NCBI RefSeq assembly: GCF_006345805.1
Contig: NC_043015.1
Location: 36,270,001 to 36,334,000, forward strand
Direction of reading: 5' to 3'
DNA from: Octopus sinensis
Taxonomy: Eukaryota
Length of the DNA: 64,000 nucleotides
The notes beneath the pieces were generated by a model. It searched no databases and was not told the origin of the DNA. It worked only from the letters and a program-made list of their open reading frames with translations. This document shows positions 41,340-54,422 of the stretch, piece after piece. A program made the translations under genes and the position numbers. Numbering within the stretch: position 1 is the first letter of the stretch; every line of letters begins with the position of its first letter.

Positions 41340-41561
41340 GTTTAGTATTCAAATGACGCCACCCTGCTGGCTAAGCGAGCAGGCCAACAAAACAAAGAAT
41401 GAGAGAAAGTTGTGGCAGGGATTGCCACCACACCCTGCCGGAACCTCGTGGGGCTTTAGGTGTTTTCGCTCAATAAACACTCACAACACCCGGTCTGGGA
41501 ATCGATACCGCGATCCTACGACCGCGAGTCCGCTGCCCTAACCACTGGGCCAGTGCGCCTC

Positions 41562-41563
<2 letters not shown>
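41340..41563 (-). mobile_element. tRNA-derived SINE (family C)
   Basis: Reverse complement ggaggcgcactggcccagtggttagggcagcggactcgcggtcgtaggatcgcggtatcgattcccagaccggg has an A box (TGGCCCAGTGG) and a B-box-like GGTATCGATTCC. It continues into non-tRNA body sequence, so it is not a tRNA gene. Confidence 0.8.
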
Positions 41564-41617
<54 letters not shown>

Positions 41618-41658
41618 GTTGAAAAACGATTAGAGGACTATACAAATCAAAGTTTTAT

Positions 41659-42328
41659 AAGTAAAAGATGAAGGTGGAGATAGGACAGAATTAAATCTAA
41701 GGCATTTCGATTTCAGAAATATTTAATAAAAATTATTAAAAAATTATATAAAGAACGGTTTCGATGGTGAATCTCATCTTATCGCATATCAGTAAAAAAT
41801 TATAAAAATTCAAAATGGAGGCAGTCTATCTTCTCTCTGGGGATCAAGAACATGTCTGGAGATGTTTCGTTGAAGTCTTCTTTAAATATAGTTTCGTATA
41901 GATTTCAAGGTGTTAGAGATTAAGAGGAGGGTGTAGTTGTCTTTTGTCTAAAAGAAATCTTTTTGGGTTTCATTCACTAAATCCTTTTAAGCCACTCCCT
42001 TGGCAGGAACCCAAACAGATTTCCTTTCGACAATAGACAACTACACACTCTCTCTTACTCTCTAACACTTTGAATTCTATAGCAAAGTATATTCAAAAAT
42101 GGCTTCAGCGAAAAATTTCCAGACATGTTTTTGACCCCCAGACAGAAGATAAACTGTTCTTACTTCAAATTTTTATAAATTTTTTTCTGACGCTTGATAA
42201 GATGAGATTTGTTATCGAAACCGATAATATTTCCCTGAAATAATTTTCAAAATTATTTTTATTAAATTCCTCCTTAAATTGAAATTCGTAGATTTACTTC
42301 TATCCTATATCTACCTCCATTTTTACTA
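41659..42328. mobile_element. Old foldback/MITE-like element, ~300 bp imperfect arms
   Basis: Left ggtttcgatggtgaatctcatcttatc, aacatgtctggagat and gtgtagttgtcttttgtc match the reverse complements of right gataagatgagatttgttatcgaaacc, atttccagacatgtt and gacaatagacaactacac. Roughly 75-80% arm identity by eye. Confidence 0.8.
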
Positions 42329-42368
42329 TATATATATACATGTATATATATATATATATATATAAATA

Positions 42369-42558
42369 TAAAGTTAATCCAAACATGAAAGCACAAAAAA
42401 AACACAACAACGCGAGGACGTGTAACAAATATAGTATTATTGGACGCTCAGGAAAGAAGGACAGAAGGAGGGTTTAAAGTTCGAGCGGAGCTCTTCGTCG
42501 GAAACATAGGAGAAGGGAAGACAGAGGGAAAAATCGCCAACGGTACACACGCGGTCAC

Positions 42559-42561
<3 letters not shown>
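42369..42561 (-). mobile_element. Hammerhead-like repeat, copy 2 (core disrupted)
   Basis: Reverse complement reads ...cctatgtttCCGACGAagagctccgctcGAACtttaaaccctcc...; the GAAACGTT of copy 1 is GAACTTT here. (TA)n on both sides. Confidence 0.75.
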
Positions 42562-42605
<44 letters not shown>

Positions 42606-42620
42606 GTGTGTGTGTGTGTG

Positions 42621-42651
<31 letters not shown>

Positions 42652-42669
42652 AATATAAGAGGGTGCAGT

Positions 42670-42860
42670 GTTTGTCCTTCGCCACTGCTTGACAAGTGGT
42701 GTTGGTGTGTTTATGTCCTCGTAACCGAGCAGCTAGTCAAAAGAGGCCTTTAAAATGGGCAACAGGCTTAAAATAAGTACTGGGGTCGACTAAGAATCTT
42801 CAAGGTGGTGCTCCAGCATGACCGCTTTCTAATGACTGAAACATATAAAAGATAAAAAGA
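42670..42860 (+). mobile_element. SINE family A, 3' half, diverged
   Basis: tgcttgacaagtggtgttggtgtgtttatgtcc...ggtgctccagcatgaccgc...aatgactgaaaca matches 59885-60055. Confidence 0.78.
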
Positions 42861-43242
42861 AAAGCGTCTGTCTCTTCATTGCTATGGCGCTGACAATGGT
42901 TCTGGGAACGGCGTGACATCAGAGTTTTGAAGAACCAGTCTAAACACTGTAAGCAGAGGTGTCCAACTTGGGCAACCACGCTGCCGTTTTCAACACATGA
43001 AACAAAATGTAGTGAATACGAGGAAACTGATAACAAGATTACGAAATGAGTTTAGGATCGACTGAGAAATACAATGGAAGATTTGGAAAGTTTAACGGTC
43101 TTGGTGGTGGTAGTGGAACAAGATGGCGGAATAAATTGCGTGTAAGTTTGTAAGTACGTATCTATGAGTAGATGTAGTTTGTGTAAAAGATATGGACAAA
43201 TAGATTAGGGAAGAGAAGGGACGCACTATATATATGTACATG

Positions 43243-43303
<61 letters not shown>

Positions 43304-43362
43304 GTGCGTGTGTAAGTGCGTACGTATGTATACATATATGTATGTGTATGCATCTCTCTCTA

Positions 43363-43393
<31 letters not shown>

Positions 43394-43914
43394 TATATAT
43401 ATATATAATATATACAGAGATAGAGAGAGAGAAAGAGAGAAGTAAACCAGAGAGTGAAAGAAGTGTCGGGAAGATGGAAATGATGCTGGTATAGCAAAAT
43501 ACGCCTGTAAATAAATATGAATGTAGAGACAAAATCTCGATGCGAAACTAATGACGAATAACAAGAGGGAAGCAACAACAAGAACACGAAGAATATTACT
43601 AATAAAAAGGATGTTATAAAACGAAGAACAACAGCAACAAGCGAATGGATAAAATGTTATCAGTTTCTTTTTATCCTGATATTTGACGAACTTCGAACAA
43701 GCGAATACAATGGCGAAATCGATCAGGAATCTATATGTTGCAATGGTATTGGCGTTGTTGATATGCGTTATTGTGGAACAATGTTTAACATAACTTGTGC
43801 TGCCAAAAAGATATGCATTGGCACTATAGAACCGCTTTTCTATTTTTCATTCATTCTAATTCCTCTAAGAATTTTCCACAATATTTATCAATTTTCTCTC
43901 TTTTATCGTTATCC

Positions 43915-43960
<46 letters not shown>

Positions 43961-44007
43961 CATCATCATCATCATAATCATCATCATCAACATCCTCATC
44001 ATTATTA

Positions 44008-44060
<53 letters not shown>

Positions 44061-45351
44061 TCATTCCTGTTACAATTTTCTTTTAGATTTCATTTCCGAT
44101 ATATGTTGTCTTTCTTCTCTTTTTCGGTTTGGAAAACTAATAAAATTAAATCAAGATAAAAAAGGTGGAGTGTGGCGTGGGCAGTTGAATCCAATTTTCC
44201 ATTCACATTTATCACATCTTATATTTTTGTTTCTCTATTTTTATTTTAACTGCATGACCTTTTTTCACAATAAATTAATCTTTATGTCACTCTATCTATC
44301 CATATATCTATATATCTCGCTCCATCTGTCTGCCAGTATATACTTTATCCTGCCTTTCGCCCTATCTCTATCCGTTATGCATTTATTAATGTACAAAGTA
44401 ACGTACGAATCACATTTTTCTAAGCGAGATCACCATTTTGCAAATATATATACATATGTGAGTGAGTGTGAGTGTGTGCGTGTTGTGTGGCCTGCGTGTA
44501 TTTGTATGTGTCTGTATGTGTATATGTATGTGTGTGTATACACACACGTGTATATATCACACACAGCATGTGTCTTGGACAGCAGATAAATGTAATAATT
44601 TTCTCATACTTTCTGTGTCTGTCTGTCTGTCTGTTTGCATCTCTGTCACTCTCCCTCACTTTCTCTTTCTCTGCCTGTCCGTCTGTCTCTTTCTTTCTCT
44701 CTCTCTATATATATATATATAGAGAGAGAGAGAAAGAGAGAAAGAGAAACAGAGAGAGAGAAGGAGTAGGAAAGAGAGAGAAAAGAAAGAGAGAGAGAGC
44801 GAAAAAGAAAGTAATTGATCTGGATGACTAGAGTGTTGGGAGACTTACAAGCGACCGAGTAGCCTCTTTGAGTCGCCACAGATTCATTTGTTAAATGACT
44901 TAAAATAACAATGGCTAACATAAGTCGAAGTGACCGATTTGCATGCTAAAACGCATTCGGCTGGGTCTTTTTAGAAATTTATATTGCGCTTCTTTTGTTT
45001 TGTTCCTTAGCTATAATCTTAATATCAATCTAACCGACAATGTATATATTACACACTGTCTGTACATACAATGTCTCTGTAGACACAATTTGAGATATCA
45101 GCCTGTACATTTCAATTTTGGCGGTTGTATTTCAAGAACAACTATTCATAGACACACTGATAACAGGAACAATGGTACAAAGTGTTAAATTACATCTGTT
45201 ATCCCGATTTATATATAATAAAGTACACGTAGACTTGTACGTTATTTGATAAGCCATTTCTGTCATTTAACAAAACTTTCCAATTACACCATGCTTTACT
45301 CAGAGTGTGTATTCTAGATAGATTTAACAATAACTTCTAGTATTGCGTGCA

Positions 45352-45460
<109 letters not shown>

Positions 45461-46089
45461 TATATATATATACATATACATGTATACATACATAATACAT
45501 ACATATGGGTGTGTGTGTGTGAGTGTGTTGTGTGTGTATGTAGATGGTTGAAAAGGAACACACGAGTTGATATATATGGAAAAACAAGTTAAGGTAGAAT
45601 ATGCTAAAATAATTTTATAAAAAGCATTTCAGTACAGCTTTCAATCATTGTGACTTTTCAACCGTATATACGTATATATATATATTTGTGTGTGTACGTG
45701 TGTTTTCTTATGCATGTATTTATATTTGGGAATGTCTCCATAATTTAAGTGTTCTACAAAAGAGACCGATAAAGAATCAAGCATTAAAATAGTATACTGT
45801 CTTCGATTTGTTCAAGTAAGCCCTTCAATGTAGTGCCCCAGCATGGTCACACTCCAATGACTGAAACGGATGAAAGAAAAAATCCAATGTACAGCGGATC
45901 GTAAACGAGATTGCATAAATTTATATAAAGCTTTATATTTCCACACTACTAATTCGTATCTTAGACATTAAGGAGCCTTATACTTGAATTCTGCAGAAGG
46001 GGTGGCGTCTCATTTGTCCACGACAGCGCAAGAACTCCTCAAGAAATTATTTAGAATCTGCAGCGTCTATCGGTAGAATTATGAACCGG

Positions 46090-46142
46090 ATTTTGACATG
46101 CATTGCACAACGCAAGACGCGTTGTGCAATGCATGTCAAAAT
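46090..46142. repeat. Perfect palindrome, 24 bp arms, 5 nt loop
   Basis: attttgacatgcattgcacaacgc-aagac-gcgttgtgcaatgcatgtcaaaat. Confidence 0.95.
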
Positions 46143-48949
46143 TTTAATTTTGAGATAAATATCGTGTTTTAATTATTCTCTCTGTTATCAAATATATGTA
46201 TTTACATGTTTGCATTGCACATATTTTTTGCTTCTGAATTTTTGATTCGTCCAATTATAAATCGAATTACACCTGTTGTTCCCTTCACCATCATCGTGTA
46301 ACATAATCTCCAACTGCAAACGTGTTTGTAAACTAACCTGTAAATGCTTCTTTGTCTACTTTTGTATCCCTCGAGCCCTTCCGGCTAATTTGTTTATTAG
46401 CATTGTTGATATTATCAACACAATCCCAATTTTAAATTATAAATATTTCAGTAAACGTGCAACAAACTTGCATCCAATGGCAACAAACAATAGACTGAGA
46501 GTGAAACTGTTTTCCGATGTTTCATAATTTATTATCTGCATTAACGCTGATTCAAGGAAAACTTTCCTAAATTTCTCGTACGGGAAGCGGCAAGATACCC
46601 ATCAATGTAAATGACAGCGGACACATGTACTCTGCAAAGAGAGAAGGAAAGGCAACAGCAAAAAGAACACGAAGCAACACACACAACACACATAAATAAT
46701 GGAACAAAAACGAAGCCAACAACACCAAAAAGAAAGAAAGAAATATAGTTGATTAAGGTTTGAAATATTTATACTGTTTGAATAAAAATGTTACAAATAT
46801 AAAACGTTTCTGGTTGTGGCGAAACGTTCGTTCTATCGCCGCTGTCGTGTTGCAAAGTAAAAGAAACCGAACAAAATATACATAAATATCGGTGACAGAA
46901 TTGATTCGAATCATGCAATGTTTTCATCTTTCCTCGTTCTTCAGAAAATCTCAATTGTTTTCTTTGCTTTTGTTTTACATTGTATTTCTTTTGTTTTTAT
47001 TCTTTAGTATTGGTGTTTTATATTATTTTTTAACCATGTTTTCCCCTTTGTTTTCACTCCACCATTCCACATTATAATGTAATATAGTCATTTGTTTAGT
47101 TTCTTGCTATTCTATAACGGATCGCTAAAAGCTCTTAAACAACACATATTTTAGCATTGAGGGGTTTTAGCAGAGAGGTTTTAAGTTCAATTACTACGGA
47201 CATGTTTACTTTCCTACATCTAAATTAAATGCTTTATTTTTTAACTTGCTATATTATTACTGTGTTGGCAGTTCAGATATCGCTTAGACTGATTTCATCT
47301 TTCATTCCTGCATAGTCAGAGATTAAATAAAAGCATTAACTCTTATTGTCTCAACAAACTAAAGATTTTGTCTACGTAAGCTTCTTTTTTCATCAATTCC
47401 TGCAGTTATTCGATAATGTGATACAGGATTAACTAATATGAAAAGATGATAACGGATTAAATGTTTTTGGATTATACTTGGATTATACCACATATGACAA
47501 CGTCTTTTACACCTTAAACAGAGGCCAACTTTTGCATCAATAGCAGCATTAAACGGACAAATACAAACGAAAAATATCTCTTATTTTCACTTTAAATTAG
47601 TACAAAACCTATAATAATTGTTAGACTCTCGGACAATAACATTTACCATAAACTATTCTCCTTTTCGTTGATGATGGCTGAATCCGTGAATAATTTTTGA
47701 AGCATCAATTGATGATAACCGTCGTTTAAGTTTAATCTTAAAAATCCCACTATTCAAAAAGTAACGGGAATAGTTTTTATATATTCAAGCTATAATGTGT
47801 TATTCTTAAATTTGCTGACGTACACTAAACTTGGGTTACGGTTATAAGATAAATTAAGCACAAACTTGGTGACGACAAAAAATCTCATAGATGCAGTCTT
47901 CCTACGCACTGTTATATAGAGAAGTGTCTATAAGAAAGAGATGGGATTAAATAACAAAAACAATATGATTGAGAGGTGAATTGAGAGATCAAAGGTTTGA
48001 CTTCTCAAAGGTTTGTCAGACATATCTCTTCCATGACGATTTCCGGGTTCCTTAACTGAACAGTTATTCTTTATAACATATTCAAATATCGGAGATGGGA
48101 GACAGTGTGTAAGTAATTAATAACCTCCCTCGCTATCTCACTAGCACTTGATCTTAACATAATCTTATTAACGATACAGAACACATTGACTCTGCTTGGT
48201 AGAGAATGGTTCATGCCGTTAATGGCGAATCCAAAGAGCTGTGATGAGTTGCCAGACTCTCCATGCTTTGCAACTTTGCAACAAATGGTACCTAAATCTT
48301 CCTCCTATTAGGCTACATCTTATTTAAAAAAACAGAGTCATTAAGTAGTCTAATCCGGTTCGTTTTGTGTCTGAATAAAAACACGGCTTGCGAACGGCTG
48401 GAAAATCTTTCGATATGGGTATATATAGTCTGCGCTCATATTAAGCTCAACACGGACAGCTTCAATATCAAGTACAACAATAACGGTGAAAATAATGCCA
48501 CTGGTGTGAGCGGCAAACAACAAAAAGAAGAGAAAGCTGTGCATCGTTACATTTTCACGCCAGTTTAAAGATTTCAAAATGGAATAATTCAAGTCATACA
48601 TCAGTAAGCAAAGGATAAATTACTCATGTCTAAAGTCTGCGATGTAGTAGTAGAAAATGATATGGAAGCCAACAGTGTGGTTGAACGAAAAAAATATAAT
48701 CATTAGACGGTGTATTAGCTGAATCGTTACAACATGGCACAACTATCTCGATGTAGAATTTTTCCGGTGATCTGTCAACTATGTCCGAATTCCACTAAAG
48801 CCAATTTTTTCTTTGAACTCTCCAGGGTAAAAAGATAAAATACCAGCAAAGATTTAATGGTCTGACCATCTCTCAAGAATTTACTAGTCTTGTAAATATT
48901 TCACGAATTAACTATAATAGTAATGGGCTGGAGATCAGTGAGAGCACCA

Positions 48950-49245
48950 GGGAAAAATGGTTTGGATGATTTCTTGCGGTTATTTACGTTCTGAGTTCAA
49001 ATCCTCAAGGGTCAATTTTGTTCTTTATCATTTCGCTTTCGATTAAAATAAGGTACCAGTCGACGACCGATGGAAGTGACAAACATCTTTCTTCTAAACA
49101 TGTATGGCCTTGTGCCTTGATCCCTCGGAGGTCATCATTGTATCTTTTCCCTTCGCTTCGATAAGATAAAGTACCTATAAAATACTTGGGTTGAGGTCAT
49201 CAACAGAACCCTCATCTAAAATTGCTCGCCTTTTGCTTCTATTAT
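48950..49245 (+). mobile_element. Two adjacent diverged SINE family B fragments
   Basis: tacgttctgagttcaaatcc...aaataaggtaccagt...atggccttgtgcct, immediately followed by a second core (gataagataaagtacc...tacttgggttga). Confidence 0.6.
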
Positions 49246-50889
49246 AAACATTTAACAGGGGTCAGGCTGGCAGTGTGTCTCAAGCTGCGGGGGGAAATGC
49301 AATGTGTTATTTCTTCCACTCTTTTTGTTCTGAGCTCCAAACAACTTTGTGCTCAATATTGCCTAGATTAGTAACAACACATGTTTGTATTGTATGTGGC
49401 ATGAGCTGTCGCCTTTTTTGTTCCCTCTATTGAGTTATGGTTGACTATTTTTAAAGTGTATACAAATATGATTTATACCCACGTAAGACTCCAATAAAAG
49501 CTTCGCAGTTTTATAACAGAAGACGAAAACAGAAGAAATTCTGTAAAAAATATCTTCTTGTTCTGGTTCCACTTCAGATCCTTGCATATTTGCATCAGTC
49601 AGCTCACCTTGTGTTACAAAACATTAGTTTAATGTTTTCCACTGTTTTATTGTGCTATTTTACAAGGCAAATTGGTTTTATTTAATTATTTTTCGTAAAG
49701 TTAGAAAGTTCTTTCAATTTTATTGAGATTTTCCGTTTGCCTTTTTTCTTTATTTTCAATACTAAAAATAAAATAAAAAATAAATAAAAAAACATCCCGT
49801 TAAAGATAAAGCAAAACAGTTGAATACATTTTTATGTCTTCTTTGCAACAGGACAGGCGAGATCGTATCGTACTTTTAGAAAAATGTGGTAAGTGATTTT
49901 CAGAATTCAGTTGGTGGAAACTACAACTGTTAATTCAATATTGGTGACCTCACCGTCACTAGCCTCCCTTTGAGGAGGAGTTAGGGGTGTATACGTGCAG
50001 TTTATTTTACCAACATCACCATCACCGTTGCATTTCTGATTATGAACAAATAGAGTTCGAGGTGGTCTATTGCCTAAATAACTTTCATATTTGTCTGAAG
50101 AATATATACAGAGGTAATAAAGAACGAAACTAATATGTGCTTCACAAAGGGAAGTCCGTTTTTATCTGTACCGCTACAGATAACTCCACAAAGCTCAGAG
50201 TGATAAATAGGATAGCAACATTTTATATACAGAAGTTAATTGAGAATGATGTTTCGGCACAAAGAGAGACTGTATGTGAAGCACTCATAGAACTGTGCCT
50301 CTGTGCTTGGATCTGTGTGACTTCCCAAGACATCAACGTCATTAGAGGAAGTGTGACCCATTTTGCTTACTTGAGGATCAGGACCAAAACCGTAATTGTT
50401 AGAACTGTGACAACAGCCACTTGTGGAATTTCTGCCGAGAAGAGCTGGGAAAATGGAGAAAGACTGGCTGGGACCTGCAAGCTACATTTGCAGAAGAATT
50501 GTTGGTTGAAACACTCAATATCTCAGAGGAGGAATAACTACTCTCGGTGTTAATGGATGAAACGCACTTCTTTTGCCAATACTTTTCATTACAGTGAATT
50601 GGGGATGGAAAATGCGAGTAGTGCACACATACTGTGTGACTTTTTTGAAAATAAATGATGGTAATTAAAAACAAGCACATATGCATACGTATATATATAT
50701 GTGTGTGTGTGTATTTGTCTGTGTGTTTCTGAGTTGACTCTGTGTCTGTGTGTATAGAGTATTAGAATTGGGTTGCAGATATTGTATATTCAGAAAATTG
50801 TGTCAAGTTTAGAGACCAATAGATTTTACTTACTAGATATTTCTGAGAGGTGTTCTTCCAAGTTTTGAATGAATGAAGTAGAAAAAATC

Positions 50890-51708
50890 ATTTTTATACA
50901 TGAAGTTGGCGTTCCTTTTACATGAAGAAGCATTCTGAGATGAAGGTATTCATTTTGGTTAGGATGCACAGTTTATAACCTACCAAATGTTATTCCAATC
51001 TTAATAACAGAATGATCTCGAACATCTGTACGTCTTTTGCCTCTGATCCATTCATTATTTCTCCATGTATAAATAAGAAGGAAGCCCGTGATGCAGCAGT
51101 GTTTTTGCAAAATTGTCCCACCGACAAAGATTGAAAATTGCTGTTGATGCCGTATCCTTTGGATTTGAAACAGTCTAAGCAGTGAAGTAGTAAACCCTTT
51201 GACCATTTTCTCAATGCACAGAAAGTTGCTGAATGGCTGGATACTTTTCATGGACTGGGAATCCGAATATGCACCAGAAGGCTAAGCTGGTATTGCTTAA
51301 CTTCATCATAAGTGTTACCTTGAATGGCGAAAGAAGCAGCATCACAGCCTTTATCTATGCATTTATATACATACTTTTTGCTCTTGATAGAGTAACAATA
51401 CTCTGTATTGAAAGCCTTTGACAGAAATGGGAAGTTAGGAACTATCGATTGTTTATTTCCCTATTTCCAGGTTTGGCTCGCTCTCCTCCATCTTTTGCTT
51501 TCCTTCTGCGCGTGGCACATCCATCGTTGGCAAACTGAGTGTGATAAATAAAATTCTTTGTATACTTTTTTATGCATTTCCCTTCCTTCATGCATGGCGA
51601 GTAAGAGTTTTGAGCACCACAAGGGCCATGTACCATATGAGATACCACGATGCCATAGAGGGTCCAATCAATATCAGGATCAGGAACTTCGGCCAAAATA
51701 ATAGGAGA
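50890..51708 (-). mobile_element. Helitron Rep-domain fragment (decayed)
   Basis: PIILAEVPDPDIDWTLYGIVVSHMVHGPCGAQNSYSPCMKEGKCIKKY...RRRKAKDGG...EINNR, then SIKSKKYVYK.IDKGCD, FWCIFGFPVHEKYPAIQQLSVH*ENGQRVYY, YTWRNNEW and FGRL*TVHPNQNEYLHLRMLLHVKGTPTS. These are colinear with conserved Helitron Rep motifs (HMxHGPCG, YxxKG, LxVHLENGQRVYF, RxYTVHP). Several stops and frameshifts. Confidence 0.92.
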
Positions 51709-51950
51709 GATAGAAAGAGCGAGAAAGAGAGAAAGAAAGAAAGAGAGGGAAATAGACAGATCAAGAAAGAAAAGCATAGAGAGATGGTGTCTGGTTTTGG
51801 CTTCACTGTGTGGGACAAACAGACAAACAGACACAATCTCTCTTTTACATACAAACACACACACACATATATATATATATGTATTATATATACATGCTTA
51901 CGTACTTTATATATATATATGACTTTAAGTGCTACTAATATAAGTATATA

Positions 51951-52008
<58 letters not shown>

Positions 52009-52011
<3 letters not shown>

Positions 52012-52277
52012 AATGAAAGAATGGAGTCGAACGACGATTTAACAAAATTCCTTTATTCTCGACATATATATCGAAGACTGCATATTCCTAATTCCGAAGG
52101 AATAAAGGGTGCATTATGCCGCCTTCTCATCAGGAAAGACAAGGAACTTATGTCAGCATCATGACGAACAAATGCACCCTTTATTCCTTCGGAATTAGGA
52201 ATATGCAGTCTTCGAAAAGTATGTCGAAAATAAAGGAATTTTGTTAAATCGTCGTTTGACTCCATTCTTTCATTTAT
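52009..52277. mobile_element. MITE-like element, 107 bp arms, 55 bp spacer
   Basis: 52009-52115 and 52171-52277 are reverse complements with 5 mismatches. Preceded by a long (TA)n. Confidence 0.85.
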
Positions 52278-54332
52278 TTATAGTACAAAAAAAACACACA
52301 AATTTCCACACGCAAGCACGTGATCTCTGCCCTTGTCATGTAGCTTCAACCGTGTTTTCTGACATGAATTTGCTATCCGGGCATCGGTTAACCGAATTAT
52401 CAATACTAGGATAATTCATTCAACTACTTAAATATATATATATATATACGTATGTGCATACACACACATACTTGCATATATACATAATGCTGGCTTCGAT
52501 GTATCCCTCCCTCAATGTGTTGTGCTCTTTAATCTTTAATTCCTATTCTTTGTCGTTCCTTTCGAGTAAGTTTTAGCTTGGTGTCGCCATCAATCATTGC
52601 ACATCTCAACTTTGAGTCCTCTTCATGTCATTTAGTGATCAAATTTTTTGTTTATCAATTAATCTTTCGTTCAGTTTCCGTTTCTGTTGCTCATAAAGCA
52701 CTTCTCTTCCCAATATATTAGTATGAAAGTATTCCGTGGTATGATTTTCCTCTTAGTTTGTTACGTTTATTATTTTTAACCATTTCTATTTTTTCTCTCA
52801 AGAGCCACTTTCTACAGCCTTTGTTTATTACTTCTATGAGTCTACAAGACGTAATAATCGGATTTAAATTACTTTCATATTTTGTAGCTATTTCTCATAC
52901 TTTCCCTCTTTCTCTCTCACACTTTATTGCTATCTTAAAATACATAATTTCAAATAACATACTAAATCAGAGAATATCTCCTCCTGATATTTGTACGGAA
53001 AAATCATTCTTCTATGTCGAAATTGATTGTCGTAACTTCAAATAAGACACATCACTTGATATTTCGCCTTGTTACCTTGTTAATTTATTTAAAAACCATT
53101 TGAGAATGTAACTCCAAAGGAATTATTCGACCAGTTGCAATATTAATGCCCTATTAGTTGGTTTTGTTTTATCAGTGCCAAAATTTGGATTCCTTCACTT
53201 TTGCCTTCATGCGTTTCTCAAAAAACAGACAAACAAAAAAAATCGTTAAATCTTCCTTTAAATTACCTGGTCAGAATGTTTCTTTTTATGCACCAGTTCT
53301 GAAAATTCACAAACATCTTGACGGAAGAGAGGAACCACCTTTTAAAAATGTCGCTTCATGTAATCCGCACAACTAAAAGCTTAAGTTCCAAAGTACACAA
53401 CACAATCATAGCTGAGCTGCTGCTTTTCGGTGAAGAAAAGCCTATATCAAACGGAGATCCCTAACAACTCCCTAAAACTGGAAGCGGTCAGCCAACGCTG
53501 GAACGCCTGCAGATGCTACCGTTTTATGTATCATGATTCTCAAGCGTTTGGTTCATAACACCATCCTCAAGCTTCTGCAAGTAAGCAGAAACCGTAAAAC
53601 AAAAGTTAAAATACTGGACTTTATCAGGAAGGAATTTGCTGCATTTAATTATGCAGTGGTGGCATGTGCTCGAATTGAAATTTGTCACAATCACGATGAT
53701 TGAGGGAAGGCACACAATACTGCGCTTAGTACAATTAAATGAAATGATTATACAAAGTTGATACAAAAAGGAGCCAATTTAGAAAACAATGTGAATGACG
53801 GAAATATGTTTAGATTATTCTTAAAATATGAGACATTAGCTAGAGTGGTTTTGATGGTAACAATCATGATGAAGGCAAGGATGATGGCGGTGTTGGTGGC
53901 AGCAACGGTGGTGATAGTGGTGATGGTGGGAATATTGATAATGATGATAATGGTGATGATGGTCGTCAATTATAGAGAAGATGATGAAGCTAGGGACTAT
54001 GATGGCGATAACTGTGGTGGGAAAGGTAATAGTGATGATGATGATGATGATATGATGATGACGACACTAATGATGATGACAGTGGTGGGAAGGTGATGGA
54101 CGATGTAAAAAGAGGAATATGTACAGAGAGATAAATGTTAAATATATAAATAATACTAGGTGAGAGTATAGAGAGAGAAGTTATATGAAGACATCATAGA
54201 ATTACTTTCAGATGGATTTGGTGCCGTCCTTGAAGAGAGCAGAACATGTGAGTAATTTCAGTTTGGCAAGTCGTTAATGGACAAAGCCTTGAAGAAAAAC
54301 CAATCTTATTGCAATAACAGCAACTACTACAA

Positions 54333-54422
<90 letters not shown>

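Noticed and set aside
41490-41563. tRNA gene
   Set aside because: A and B boxes are present, but there is no complete cloverleaf and it continues into SINE body sequence.
46338-46430. Minus-strand exon WDCVDNINNANKQISRKGSRDTKVDKEAFT with a good donor
   Set aside because: In-frame stop just upstream and no AG acceptor between it and the segment.
48350-48601. Antiparallel ORFs (+ strand ending FTPV*, - strand with a hydrophobic stretch)
   Set aside because: Short, with no convincing splice sites or family match.
50240-50340. piggyBac cysteine-rich tail (TVPLCLDLC)
   Set aside because: Only one partial motif amid stops; no TTAA/TIR found.
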